Position numbers and translations under genes: made by a program. A stretch of DNA of 64,000 nucleotides from Rhizobiaceae bacterium (GTDB taxonomy: Bacteria > Pseudomonadota > Alphaproteobacteria > Rhizobiales > Rhizobiaceae). This document shows positions 18,112 to 26,569 of the stretch, in pieces (the first letter of the stretch is position 1; every line of letters begins with the position of its first letter). The DNA lies in NCBI GenBank assembly GCA_965248715.1, contig CBDFKB010000006.1, positions 87,871 through 151,870 on the forward strand, in the 5' to 3' direction. The notes beneath the pieces are model-generated. The model saw nothing but the letters and a program-made list of their open reading frames with translations. It was not told where the DNA came from and did no database searches.

Positions 18112-18577
18112 ATTCCTCATCCGTCATCCTTGGGCTCCGGCCCAAGGATCCAGTCTGATGCCTATTTCATACTTGCCGCTTGGCCATCCTCAAAACGTTT
18201 GACGAAGGTCGGCTGAAACAAATTGTCATGTTCATAGCAGGTCGGGAAAAGGTCAGCCCAACCGGGATTGAAGTTCTCGATTAGGGTGAGTTTCCATTTT
18301 CTTCGATAGAGCTTCAGCGATTTTTCCCGCTGAATTGCTATTTCAATATCGTAGTGGCGCTCATACCACACAAGCGTCTTGCAGCCATATTGGCGGGTAA
18401 ACCCTGGAATATCGCCCTGTTGATGTTCTTGCGCCCGGCGCCAAAGATCAGAGGTAACGCCGATATATAGTGTCCCGTTTCGCTTTGAAGCCATAATGTA
18501 GACCCAGCCCCCCATTTCAAAGCCGCCCGATTAATGGATCCTTGGGCCGGAGCCCAAGGATGACGGCTGAAATAGGT
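18112..18577 (-). mobile_element. GIY-YIG nuclease cassette 2 (same architecture)
   Basis: TIRs at 18121-18154 and 18533-18566 (33/34 match). 547 bp from cassette 1. Confidence 0.7.
18162..18515 (-). CDS. GIY-YIG nuclease family protein, second copy
   Basis: 117 aa with 5 aa differences from copy 1 (K33Q, T58I, P65S, N76T, V113A) and about 9 nt differences in 354 by my count. Confidence 0.9.
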   Translation of the reverse strand: MGGWVYIMASKRNGTLYIGVTSDLWRRAQEHQQGDIPGFTRQYGCKTLVWYERHYDIEIAIQREKSLKLYRRKWKLTLIENFNPGWADLFPTCYEHDNLFQPTFVKRFEDGQAASMK

Positions 18578-18667
18578 GCGGCGCGGACGCGAGCCAGAAC
18601 GGGTTCGGCGATTTGATGCCGAGGAAGTTCGAAGCGATATTGGCCATTTGGTCCTCCTGCGTAAAAC

Positions 18668-19498
18668 TCAACCGAGGCGAAAAATCATTTCGACCGGAGC
18701 GATTGTTTTTGAATTGACGCTCGTCACCATGTTGGCAATCTTTTCAACCGCGTGCTCGCCAACTATCAACGGTATTCCCAAAGGCGACTGACCGCTATTG
18801 GCGATAGTGGCACCGAGCTTGACAAAGAATTCACGGGCAAAATCACCGCGATCGCGCTCGGCGATCAGCGCAAAGCCAGCGTTTTTGGCTGCGTCGCGAT
18901 AGCCTTGCGGGTGGCCCACGTGCGACTGGTCCACGGTCGTTGCCCACGGTACCGGATACGACACCGCGCCATCGCCGGTTAGCATAACATCGTAAACCGC
19001 GAAACTGCCGCCATTTTTCAGTACCCGCGCCACTTCGGTAAATAGGCGTTGCTTGTCAGGGATATTCATGCCGACGTGAATTAAGGTCGCAACATCAAAA
19101 CTGTTGTCTGGTTCAGGAATATCCAGGACCGAGCCGGTTTTGAAAGTGGCCGCAATGCCCACCGCGACGCTCAGCTTTTGTGCGGTCTCGACAAATTCAG
19201 CAGTTAGATCGATGCCGGTAACATCGGCCCCATATCGTTCTGCGATGTATCGTGCGGTGCCGCCAATGCCACTGCCGAGATCGACTACCCGGCTGTGTTC
19301 GGTAATCGGCACCTGTGCCAGCAATGCTTCGGTGGCTCCAAGGCCGCCGATGTGGAATTCATCCACCGGTTTTAAGTCTTTAGCGGTGGCGCTCGTTAAT
19401 TCTTTGCCGGTCTTGGCCAGTCCTTGTGCGATGCGGGCCAACAGCGAACCGGTGGTGTAATGGCCCGCGACTTGGGTTTCCAAATCCGACAAATTCAT
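18668..19498 (-). CDS. class I SAM-dependent methyltransferase (Methyltransf_11-like), located between preT and preA
   Basis: VVDLGSGIGGTARYIA motif I, and DVATLIHVGMNIPDKQRLFTEVARVLKNGGSFAVYD. Confidence 0.8.
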   Translation of the reverse strand: MNLSDLETQVAGHYTTGSLLARIAQGLAKTGKELTSATAKDLKPVDEFHIGGLGATEALLAQVPITEHSRVVDLGSGIGGTARYIAERYGADVTGIDLTAEFVETAQKLSVAVGIAATFKTGSVLDIPEPDNSFDVATLIHVGMNIPDKQRLFTEVARVLKNGGSFAVYDVMLTGDGAVSYPVPWATTVDQSHVGHPQGYRDAAKNAGFALIAERDRGDFAREFFVKLGATIANSGQSPLGIPLIVGEHAVEKIANMVTSVNSKTIAPVEMIFRLG

Positions 19499-19527
19499 CC
19501 GCTCCTTTTGTTGACCGCCGGTTTCAA

Positions 19528-20934
19528 CTATTCGCTCAGCGTTTGATGCATGCTTTCGGCCGCATCGCGACCCTGGGCGACGGCGAAAACGGTTAGATCA
19601 TCGCCGCCGTTAACGCAGTCGCCGCCGGCCCATACATTTTCAAGCGAGGTGCGGCCTTCAGCGTCGATACGAATGCGGTCTTTGGCCATTGCTGGCCCAC
19701 CATCTGCAAAACTCGCACCCGCCAGTTTCTGGCCGATCGCCACCAGCACCTGGTCTGCTGCGAGTACCAGCTTGCGTCCGGTGCCAGCAAGTTTACCGTT
19801 TTCGTGTGCAGTATATTCCAATTCGATTTGGTTTGCCGCGCCATTGTCGCCGCGAACCGCGACCGGTTGCAGCCAATGGCGGATCGTTACTCCTTTTGCG
19901 GCGGCCAATTCCTGCTCAAGTGCTGACGCATTCATACGGTCCTGGCCGCGGCGATAGCAGATCGTCACGTCCTCGGCGCCAAGCAGCTTCGACTGTATAG
20001 CCGCGTCGATAGCGGTCATACCGCCGCCGATTACCACCACCCGGCGGCCAACCGGTATGGTCGCCATATCTCCTGCCTGGCGCAAATCGGCGATGAAATC
20101 GATGGCATCGACCACACCGGCCAATTCCTGGCCATCAATACCGAGATCGTTGCTATCGCCCAACCCGGCGCCAATAAACACCGCATCGAAATCCTTACGC
20201 AGCGCTGCCAATTCAATTTCGTCGCCAAGCCGTTTGCCATGTTTGATAGAAATGCCACCAATCGCAGTCACGTAATCGACTTCGGCCTGGGCGAAATCTT
20301 GCACGGTTTTGTAGGCGGCGATGCCATACTCATTAAGACCACCTGATTTTTCGCGCGCGTCGAAGATCGTAACGTTGTGGCCAAAGCTGGCCAGCCGGTG
20401 GGCGCAGGCAAGACCGGCCGGTCCCGCCCCAACCACCGCCACCTGCTTGCCGGATGTTTCCGGTCGACTATAAAACTGACGGCCCATCGACATTGCGAGA
20501 TCTGTTGCATAACGCTGTAGCCGGCCGATTTCCACCGGCTTACCCTCGGCGGTTTCACGCACACAAACCTCTTCGCACAAGGTCTCGGTCGGGCATACCC
20601 GGGCACACATGCCGCCGAGAATATTCTGGTCGAAGATGGTTTTGGCCGAACCGACCGGGTTGCCGGTGGCAATCTGGCGAATGAACATTGGGATATCGAT
20701 CGTGGTCGGGCAAGCAGTCACACACGGCGCGTCGTGACAAAAATAGCACCGGTCGGCGGCGACCAGCGCCTCATGCGCTTCAAACGGCGGATGGAGGTCG
20801 GAAAAATTCTCCGCATAATCTTCCTCACCCAAACGTCCGGGGACGATGCCCTCATCATAAATTCCTGCAGCCATGAAACGCTCCCTCGTTTCCCATTGCG
20901 GTTCAAAGATAGACGCGATCGATTTTTTGATCAA
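19528..20934 (-). CDS. preT: NAD-dependent dihydropyrimidine dehydrogenase subunit PreT (GltD-like)
   Basis: 468 aa. N-terminal Fe-S cysteines (CYFCHDAPCVTACP, CARVCP), then VAVVGAGPAGLACA and VVVIGGGMTAIDAA dinucleotide folds. Confidence 0.9.
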   Translation of the reverse strand: MIKKSIASIFEPQWETRERFMAAGIYDEGIVPGRLGEEDYAENFSDLHPPFEAHEALVAADRCYFCHDAPCVTACPTTIDIPMFIRQIATGNPVGSAKTIFDQNILGGMCARVCPTETLCEEVCVRETAEGKPVEIGRLQRYATDLAMSMGRQFYSRPETSGKQVAVVGAGPAGLACAHRLASFGHNVTIFDAREKSGGLNEYGIAAYKTVQDFAQAEVDYVTAIGGISIKHGKRLGDEIELAALRKDFDAVFIGAGLGDSNDLGIDGQELAGVVDAIDFIADLRQAGDMATIPVGRRVVVIGGGMTAIDAAIQSKLLGAEDVTICYRRGQDRMNASALEQELAAAKGVTIRHWLQPVAVRGDNGAANQIELEYTAHENGKLAGTGRKLVLAADQVLVAIGQKLAGASFADGGPAMAKDRIRIDAEGRTSLENVWAGGDCVNGGDDLTVFAVAQGRDAAESMHQTLSE

Positions 20935-20974
20935 TTGGTAAAAAAACGCAATTACCGCATTTTTTCACCGGCAG

Positions 20975-21370
20975 TTGCCGAACCCTGTCGAATTCAGCTA
21001 CCGAGGAGCGGTGTCCGGGCTGGTCGCGACGGCCCATAGTGTGGCATTGTCACCAGATAGGACGAACAAATTGGATATTGAATTCAAAACCCTTGCTATC
21101 CTTGCCGGGCTAACAATTGCCGCAGCCGGCGCGGTTGGTTTTGTCGGCGCTAAGATCGCGATCGGCGCCCGCATGGCCAAAACCCGCGATCCACGGTTAT
21201 TTTCGCCGCAGGTCGAGGTCATGACCCGTTCGCAAAAACGCACCCATTATCACAAGGTCACCCGCGAAGAGTTGATGGCCACTAACGGCAAGCGTTTTGT
21301 TGCCATTGTCGCCGTCGGTCTGGCGTTGATGGCGGCGGCGGCGTTGTTATTGGAGAACAACAATGTCTGA
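20975..21370 (+). CDS. hypothetical small membrane protein (start uncertain)
   Basis: Two hydrophobic segments. Its stop overlaps the start of the next gene (ATGTCTGA), suggesting translational coupling. No recognisable family. Confidence 0.4.
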   Translation: MPNPVEFSYRGAVSGLVATAHSVALSPDRTNKLDIEFKTLAILAGLTIAAAGAVGFVGAKIAIGARMAKTRDPRLFSPQVEVMTRSQKRTHYHKVTREELMATNGKRFVAIVAVGLALMAAAALLLENNNV

Positions 21371-21899
21371 TCTCGTTGAGCATTTGCGCGCCATGGCCCG
21401 CAACAATCGCTGGGCCAACCACCGGCTGCATGGTGCTTGCGCCGAACTTTCGCCGGCACAATTGAGCGCGCCGCGCATCGGCTTTTTCCCGTCAATCGCA
21501 GCAACCTTGGAGCATATTTTGGTCGTCGACGATTATTATATCGACGCGGTCAAGGAAGCCGGGGTCGGTAAAGCAGTTTACGACAATTTCGAAACTGGCC
21601 GCGCCACCGCTGAACTCAGCGATGCACAACGCCAATCCGACCTGCGGTTGATCCGCTTTTGCGACTGTTTGAGTGACAACGACCCAGCTCGTGTGGTCAC
21701 CACCGACCGCGCTATCGAGGGGAAGGTCAACGAAACCATCGGCGCGCTACTTGCCCATTTGTTCCAGCACCAAATCCACCATCGTGGGCAAGTCCATGCG
21801 ATGTTATCTGGCACCTCCGTCAAGCCTCCGCAGCTCGACGACTTCTTCTTAAACCATGCTCGCGCGCAAGATATCGAGGTAGCCCTGGCGGATTTCTAG
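21363..21899 (+). CDS. DinB family (damage-inducible, four-helix-bundle) protein
   Basis: NNRWANHRL..., LEHILVVDDYY and HLFQHQIHHRGQVHAML provide the His triad typical of DinB_2. Confidence 0.85.
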   Translation: MSDLVEHLRAMARNNRWANHRLHGACAELSPAQLSAPRIGFFPSIAATLEHILVVDDYYIDAVKEAGVGKAVYDNFETGRATAELSDAQRQSDLRLIRFCDCLSDNDPARVVTTDRAIEGKVNETIGALLAHLFQHQIHHRGQVHAMLSGTSVKPPQLDDFFLNHARAQDIEVALADF

Positions 21900-21960
21900 A
21901 GCGTGTCACCCAAAAGTTGGTGCCAGTTTTGGAAAAAGGACACGCATAAACAAAGAGATG
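21896..21960. repeat. mosaic repeat module A (forward), starting at the CTAG that overlaps the dinB stop
   Basis: CTAGAGCGTGTCACCCAAAAGTTGGTGCCAGTTTTGGAAAAAGGACACGCATAAACAAAGAG. Confidence 0.85.
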
Positions 21961-22103
21961 AGTACCTCTAAGAACCCTCGATTTTGTTGGGCTGGGTGTG
22001 ATTTCGAAGTTTTGAGTACCGGATAATATGTTGAAATGTTTGAGGAACGCAGAAACGAAAAATTGCTCCCAGGACCCAAAAGAAGGGTTTTTGGCAGGTG
22101 CTC

Positions 22104-22149
22104 AGATAGCGCGACGAAGCTATTCCAACGCTTGGTGACAAGCGCTAGC
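22104..22149. repeat. mosaic repeat module B, separated from its module A by about 140 bp of unrelated sequence
   Basis: AGATAGCGCGACGAAGCTATTCCAACGCTTGGTGACAAGCGCTAGC. In other copies, modules A and B are only about 15 bp apart. Confidence 0.8.
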
Positions 22150-22978
22150 TAGCGATGGCGCTCCAGAAAAACCGCATTGCCACCAGCAACAGGAAAATTC
22201 CAAACGCCAATTCAACCGTGCGTCGCGGCAGCGCATGCACAGTGCGCACCCCGTATGGCGCGACCAAGATGGTTAGTGGAACGACCAGCGCCACCATCAG
22301 CAAATTGACAAAGCCAATCGAAAACGGTGGCAGGTTGGCGACCCCCCAACCGGCAATCACATAACCGATCAATCCGGGGATCGAGATCAGTATGCCAACC
22401 CCCGAGGAGGTAGCAATTGCCTGGTGCATAGGTCGACCATAAAGGGTCATAAACGTATTGTTGAGCACCCCGCCACCAATACCCATGAAGGTCGACAAAA
22501 ATCCGATCGCCGCACCGGTAACCGATCGCAGCGGGTTGCTGGGAATATCGGTGCCGAGTTGCCAGTTTTCGCGTCCAAGCAGCAATCGGGCAGCTACCGT
22601 AAGCGCCACGCAGGCGAAGATCACCCTTAGCCCCGCGCCCGATACATAGGCGGCAATTGCAGAGGCGACGATGACGCCGATTGGTACCGCAAACATCCAC
22701 TGCTTCAGCAATTGCAGATCGACCGCGCCTTTCGCCTTGTGGGACAAAAATGAACGGATCGATGTGGGTACGATGATCGCCAGGGAAGTGCCGACCGACA
22801 CATGCATGCACACTTCGGTGTCGACCTTGAGACTGATCAACATTTGATAGAATACCGGCACTAATACCGCACCGCCGCCAATACCAAACAGGCCGGCGAG
22901 AAATCCAGCGACAATGCCAGCAATGATGATGCCGATAAGATAGGGCCATAACTCGGCTATCGAGGGCAGGAATTCCAT
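22145..22978 (-). CDS. TauE/SafE family sulfite/anion exporter (TSUP)
   Basis: 277-aa polytopic membrane protein with repeated G-rich TM motifs (GLFGIGGGAVLVP, FMGIGGGVL). Confidence 0.85.
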   Translation of the reverse strand: MEFLPSIAELWPYLIGIIIAGIVAGFLAGLFGIGGGAVLVPVFYQMLISLKVDTEVCMHVSVGTSLAIIVPTSIRSFLSHKAKGAVDLQLLKQWMFAVPIGVIVASAIAAYVSGAGLRVIFACVALTVAARLLLGRENWQLGTDIPSNPLRSVTGAAIGFLSTFMGIGGGVLNNTFMTLYGRPMHQAIATSSGVGILISIPGLIGYVIAGWGVANLPPFSIGFVNLLMVALVVPLTILVAPYGVRTVHALPRRTVELAFGIFLLLVAMRFFWSAIAS

Positions 22979-23017
22979 CCGCTTTCCCTGCCTTAACGCG
23001 GACGTTCGATCAAGGCT

Positions 23018-24040
23018 TCAAGCCGCAATTGTGGTGGGCAGGTCGATCGCGCGAAATGCTTTCGACACAATTTCGGGGCCAGCGCCCTGGCCCACCGCCT
23101 CGGTAGCCAAGATTTGCCGAAAGCGCCTGGCCCCGGCAATTCCGTGAAAAAGCCCGGTCATATGGCGGGTAATTTGGTTGAGCCGGCCACCGGCAGCAAG
23201 ATGTGCCTCGCAATAGTCGACCATGCAATGCTCGAACTCCTGCCAACCAATGTGTGGGCTTTCGCCGCCAAACACCAGCCGGTCGACCTGGCGCAGCATT
23301 GCCGGATTGCGATAAGCGGCGCGGCCAAGCATAACCCCATCGACCAACGCCAATTGCTGCAACGCCTGTTCGAGGGTCTCAAGGCCGCCATTAATGCCGA
23401 TAAAGCGGTCTGGATTTTCTGCTTTCAACCGGTGCACCAAGGCGTAGTTGAGCGGCGGTACGGTGCGGTTGTCCTTTGGGCTGAGCCCATGCAGCCAAGC
23501 CTTGCGCGCATGCACCCACAACCGGTCAGCCCCTGCCGCCCAAACCGCGTGCGCCAGCGCCGGCAGGGCGATCGCCGGGTCCTGGTCGTCGACGCCAATG
23601 CGGCACTTAACCGTTACTGGTACCGATACCTTTTCCTTGATTGCCGCGACCGAACGCCCGACCAGTTGCGGTTCGACCATCAAGCAGGCGCCAAACCGCC
23701 CGGCCCGCACCCGGTTAGACGGGCAACCGACGTTTAAATTGATCTCGTCATAGCCGAATGCGGCACCGATCGCCGCCGCCGCGGCCAGTTTCGCTGGATC
23801 CGAACCGCCAAGCTGCAACGCCAGGGGATGTTCGGCGGCGCTAAAGCCGATTAGCCGCTCCTGGTCGCCGCGCAAAACCGCGTCGGCCACCACCATTTCG
23901 CTAAACAATTGCGCATGCCGGGTCAGCAACCGGTGCATGAAGCGGCAATGGCGGTCGGTCCACTCCATCATCGGGGCGATGGCGAGGCGAGCGGCGGCAT
24001 TCGATAAAGGATACGAAACGGCATTCATGGCCGGTTCCAT
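23018..24040 (-). CDS. dusA: tRNA dihydrouridine(20/20a) synthase
   Basis: APMMEWTDRHCRFMHRLL, INLNVGCPS and VKCRIG motifs. 340 aa. Confidence 0.9.
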   Translation of the reverse strand: MEPAMNAVSYPLSNAAARLAIAPMMEWTDRHCRFMHRLLTRHAQLFSEMVVADAVLRGDQERLIGFSAAEHPLALQLGGSDPAKLAAAAAIGAAFGYDEINLNVGCPSNRVRAGRFGACLMVEPQLVGRSVAAIKEKVSVPVTVKCRIGVDDQDPAIALPALAHAVWAAGADRLWVHARKAWLHGLSPKDNRTVPPLNYALVHRLKAENPDRFIGINGGLETLEQALQQLALVDGVMLGRAAYRNPAMLRQVDRLVFGGESPHIGWQEFEHCMVDYCEAHLAAGGRLNQITRHMTGLFHGIAGARRFRQILATEAVGQGAGPEIVSKAFRAIDLPTTIAA

Positions 24041-24092
24041 AGCGCCAGCGCCAAGCCGCTGTCAAAAATCGCACAACCGCTGGTAATCACAA

Positions 24093-24275
24093 TTATCCTG
24101 AATGCGGGTCGCTCACAGCGCCGGGGGCATAACGCACGATCGAAGTCGCGCGGGCCACCTCATCGCCGAGCCGGTCCAGCATGCGCCGCTCGACGCCTGC
24201 CATCGGCGACGCGTTCCACGGCAATTGTGCCGCGTGCACAGCGACCCGCTGATCAAAGTTTGCGTTCAGTTCCAT
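24093..24275 (-). pseudogene. N-terminal fragment of a ChrR-like cupin protein
   Basis: [52 protein letters not shown] matches the start of the cupin proteins as I recall them, but the ORF stops after 60 codons with no continuation in any frame. Confidence 0.4.
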
Positions 24276-24290
24276 GTTTAAAGTTCGGTA

Positions 24291-25655
24291 TTATGTCATT
24301 TCGCAAATCGCTGTTTCAACAATCGTCAGCGCCTTGTCCAGCTCGCCTCGCGTGATTGTTAGCGGCGGTGACAAGGTTAGCACCGAGCCTTGCGAGATCT
24401 TAAAACTAAGCCCAGCCACCAGGCATTTGTAATAGATCGCCTCGGCCAGATCAGTGGCCGGCTCCTTGGTCTCCCGGTCTAAAACGATCTCAATGCCGAA
24501 CATCAGCCCGCGCCCGCGCACATCGCCGACAATAGACAAAGAACCGATGTTTTCCCGCAACCTTGCCAACCCATGCTCGCCCAGCGTGGCGGCATTTTCC
24601 ACCAGCCCTTCGTCCTCGATGATCGCCAAAGTTGTAAGGGCTGCACGAGCGGTGACCGGGTTTTTCTCATGGGTGTAATGGCCGATTGCAAAATCGCCGG
24701 CGACGTTTAACTCGTCACGCGCAACTGCCGCCGCGATCGGCAACACACCACCGCCGAGTGCCTTGCCAACCACCACAATGTCTGCTGCTACATGGTCGTG
24801 TTCATGAGCAAACAAGCGTCCGGTTTTACCGAGCCCGGTCGGGATTTCATCGAAGATCAACAACGCGCCATGGGCGTCACAGGCCTTGCGCACCACTTGC
24901 CAATAGCCCGGCGGCGGTAATTGCGGTACTGCGCGCATCGGTTCAGCGATCACCGCAGCGATATCGCCCTCGCGCGCCAGCACATATTCCACCATGCGCG
25001 CGCAGGCCAGATCGCACACATCCGGACCTCGGTGGCCATAGGGGCAGCGATAGCAGGCAAACGGCGCCACATGCTCGGCCCCAGGCACCAGCGGCCCGGC
25101 GATACCGGAACGAAAAGTCGCTTCACCGCCAACCGCCGACGCGCCAAAACCGGCGCCGTGAAACCCATCCCAAAATGACAATGTCTTGAAACGCCCGGTG
25201 GCAGCGCGAGCGATTTTAAGCGCCACCTCAACCGCATCGGACCCGCCGGTGGTAAACAACACCCGGCCGGGTTCGGCAAAGGCGAGGGCAGCGAGTTTTT
25301 CCGCCAGTTCGACCGATACTTCATTGGTGTAACGGCGCGGCGAGAAACTGAGTGTGTCGAGTTGATCTTTGATCGCCGCTAACAGGCGCGGATGGCCGTA
25401 GCCGATATGATGGACGCTGTTGCCATGGAAATCCATGGTTCGGCGCCCATCAAAATCCTCGATCCAAATCCCTTCGGCCTTGGCAATGGTATTGAGGCAC
25501 GGGGTGGAAAGGCTTTGGTGCAGGAAGGCGTCGCCATCACGTTCCAATAAGGGGCGAGAGCGTTCGCCAACCTGCTGCGCGCGCCAGTTTGCACGCGCGG
25601 CGGTGCGGTTGCCCTCGCCCTCGGTATGTATCGCCGGTGTTTCCTTATCCGCCAT
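24291..25655 (-). CDS. class-III (omega) aminotransferase-fold PLP enzyme; candidate (R)-1-hydroxy-2-aminoethylphosphonate ammonia-lyase (PbfA-like), judged from context
   Basis: 454 aa with FTTGGSDAVEVALKIAR, LIFDEIPTGLGKTG and VVGKALGGG (PLP lysine). Lies directly downstream of phnW-phnX. Confidence 0.8.
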   Translation of the reverse strand: MADKETPAIHTEGEGNRTAARANWRAQQVGERSRPLLERDGDAFLHQSLSTPCLNTIAKAEGIWIEDFDGRRTMDFHGNSVHHIGYGHPRLLAAIKDQLDTLSFSPRRYTNEVSVELAEKLAALAFAEPGRVLFTTGGSDAVEVALKIARAATGRFKTLSFWDGFHGAGFGASAVGGEATFRSGIAGPLVPGAEHVAPFACYRCPYGHRGPDVCDLACARMVEYVLAREGDIAAVIAEPMRAVPQLPPPGYWQVVRKACDAHGALLIFDEIPTGLGKTGRLFAHEHDHVAADIVVVGKALGGGVLPIAAAVARDELNVAGDFAIGHYTHEKNPVTARAALTTLAIIEDEGLVENAATLGEHGLARLRENIGSLSIVGDVRGRGLMFGIEIVLDRETKEPATDLAEAIYYKCLVAGLSFKISQGSVLTLSPPLTITRGELDKALTIVETAICEMT

Positions 25656-25673
25656 TTCGTGTGGCCCGTGGCC

Positions 25674-26513
25674 TTATGGTCGTTCGCCTCGCGCAAGCCG
25701 CCCGTTGATATCTTCAATTACCGGCTCGATGTCGGCAAGGCTGTCGATAACATAGTGGGCACCGGCCTTTTGCAAAATATCGCGGGTCTGGGCCATGCGC
25801 CGGGTGATCTCTTCTTGCGATAATTGCGCGCCCTGCTCGGGCGTGTCCACGTTCATGTAATTGGAATAGCGCACCACACCGACGCCCCAGCACCCGGCAT
25901 TAAGCGCTTCGCCGATGCCGGACGTGGTGTCGTCGATCTTGACCACGGACTGGATCGGCGTAACGCCCATCAAGTCAAGGTTCCTGTAGACCATGAACGG
26001 GCCGGGACGAGCGCCGTGGATGACTTCGTCGCCGGCCACCGATGCGTCCGGCTTATAGCCCTGTTTGGCGGCTTCTTCTTCCAAGATATCGACCATCGGC
26101 CGGATAAAGCCGGTGGACGAACCGATTTTGATGCCCTTGGCCTGCAAGCGTTGGGTCACTTCGGCGACGCCTGGCAACAGGTCAGTGTATTGGCGCAGGC
26201 AAGCAAGCTGCATCGGCACGAAATCGGTAAACATGGCGTCAACTTCCGCCTGGCCCGGATAGCTGCCGTGTACGGATTTCCAACGTTCGCGGATTTCCGG
26301 CACTTCGGTCAACGCCTTGATGTGCAAATCCTTGCGCAGGCCCATCGGCCCGCGTGCCTCAAGCATCGAAATCTCGACGCCATGTTTCTTAAACACTTCG
26401 ACGAAGACCACTGCGGGGGCCACCACATAGGCGTCGGCGGTAGTGCCGCTCCAGTCGAGGACCAGTGCTTTGACTTTGCCGCGATAAGAGCGGGTGAAAA
26501 CGAAGTCGGACAT
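25674..26513 (-). CDS. phnX: phosphonoacetaldehyde hydrolase
   Basis: HAD motif I in LVLDWSGTTADAY, ARGPMGLRKDLHI, 279 aa. Adjacent to phnW. Confidence 0.9.
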   Translation of the reverse strand: MSDFVFTRSYRGKVKALVLDWSGTTADAYVVAPAVVFVEVFKKHGVEISMLEARGPMGLRKDLHIKALTEVPEIRERWKSVHGSYPGQAEVDAMFTDFVPMQLACLRQYTDLLPGVAEVTQRLQAKGIKIGSSTGFIRPMVDILEEEAAKQGYKPDASVAGDEVIHGARPGPFMVYRNLDLMGVTPIQSVVKIDDTTSGIGEALNAGCWGVGVVRYSNYMNVDTPEQGAQLSQEEITRRMAQTRDILQKAGAHYVIDSLADIEPVIEDINGRLARGERP

Positions 26514-26569
26514 GGATAGTATCTCCTGTTTTGATTTGGTTGTTTGAAATTCTGTTTACGAATTTGAGG

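Larger units (their letters stand above)
17484..18658 (-). repeat. 547-bp tandem repeat, 2.15 units: [81-bp preA 5' segment + 466-bp GIY-YIG cassette] x2, then a third 81-bp segment
   Basis: 81-bp copies at 17484-17564, 18031-18111 and 18578-18658 (0-1 mismatch). Each holds GGAGGACCAA, the ATG and the first 70 nt of preA. Confidence 0.9.

Noticed and set aside
17391-18120. 60-aa and 117-aa minus-strand ORFs starting MRNRRTKWPISLRTSSAS
   Set aside because: They are out-of-frame readings of the repeated preA 5' segment that continue antisense-free into the GIY-YIG cassette. They are explained by the 81-bp repeats, and the real frames are preA and the GIY-YIG genes.
23018-24290. dusA-targeted integrative element
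   Set aside because: dusA 5' ends are known integration hotspots. Here, only a 60-codon cupin remnant lies upstream, with no integrase, no duplicated dusA 5' segment and no compositional break.
25824-26519. 231-aa plus-strand ORF
   Set aside because: Antisense to phnX, which is clearly identifiable.
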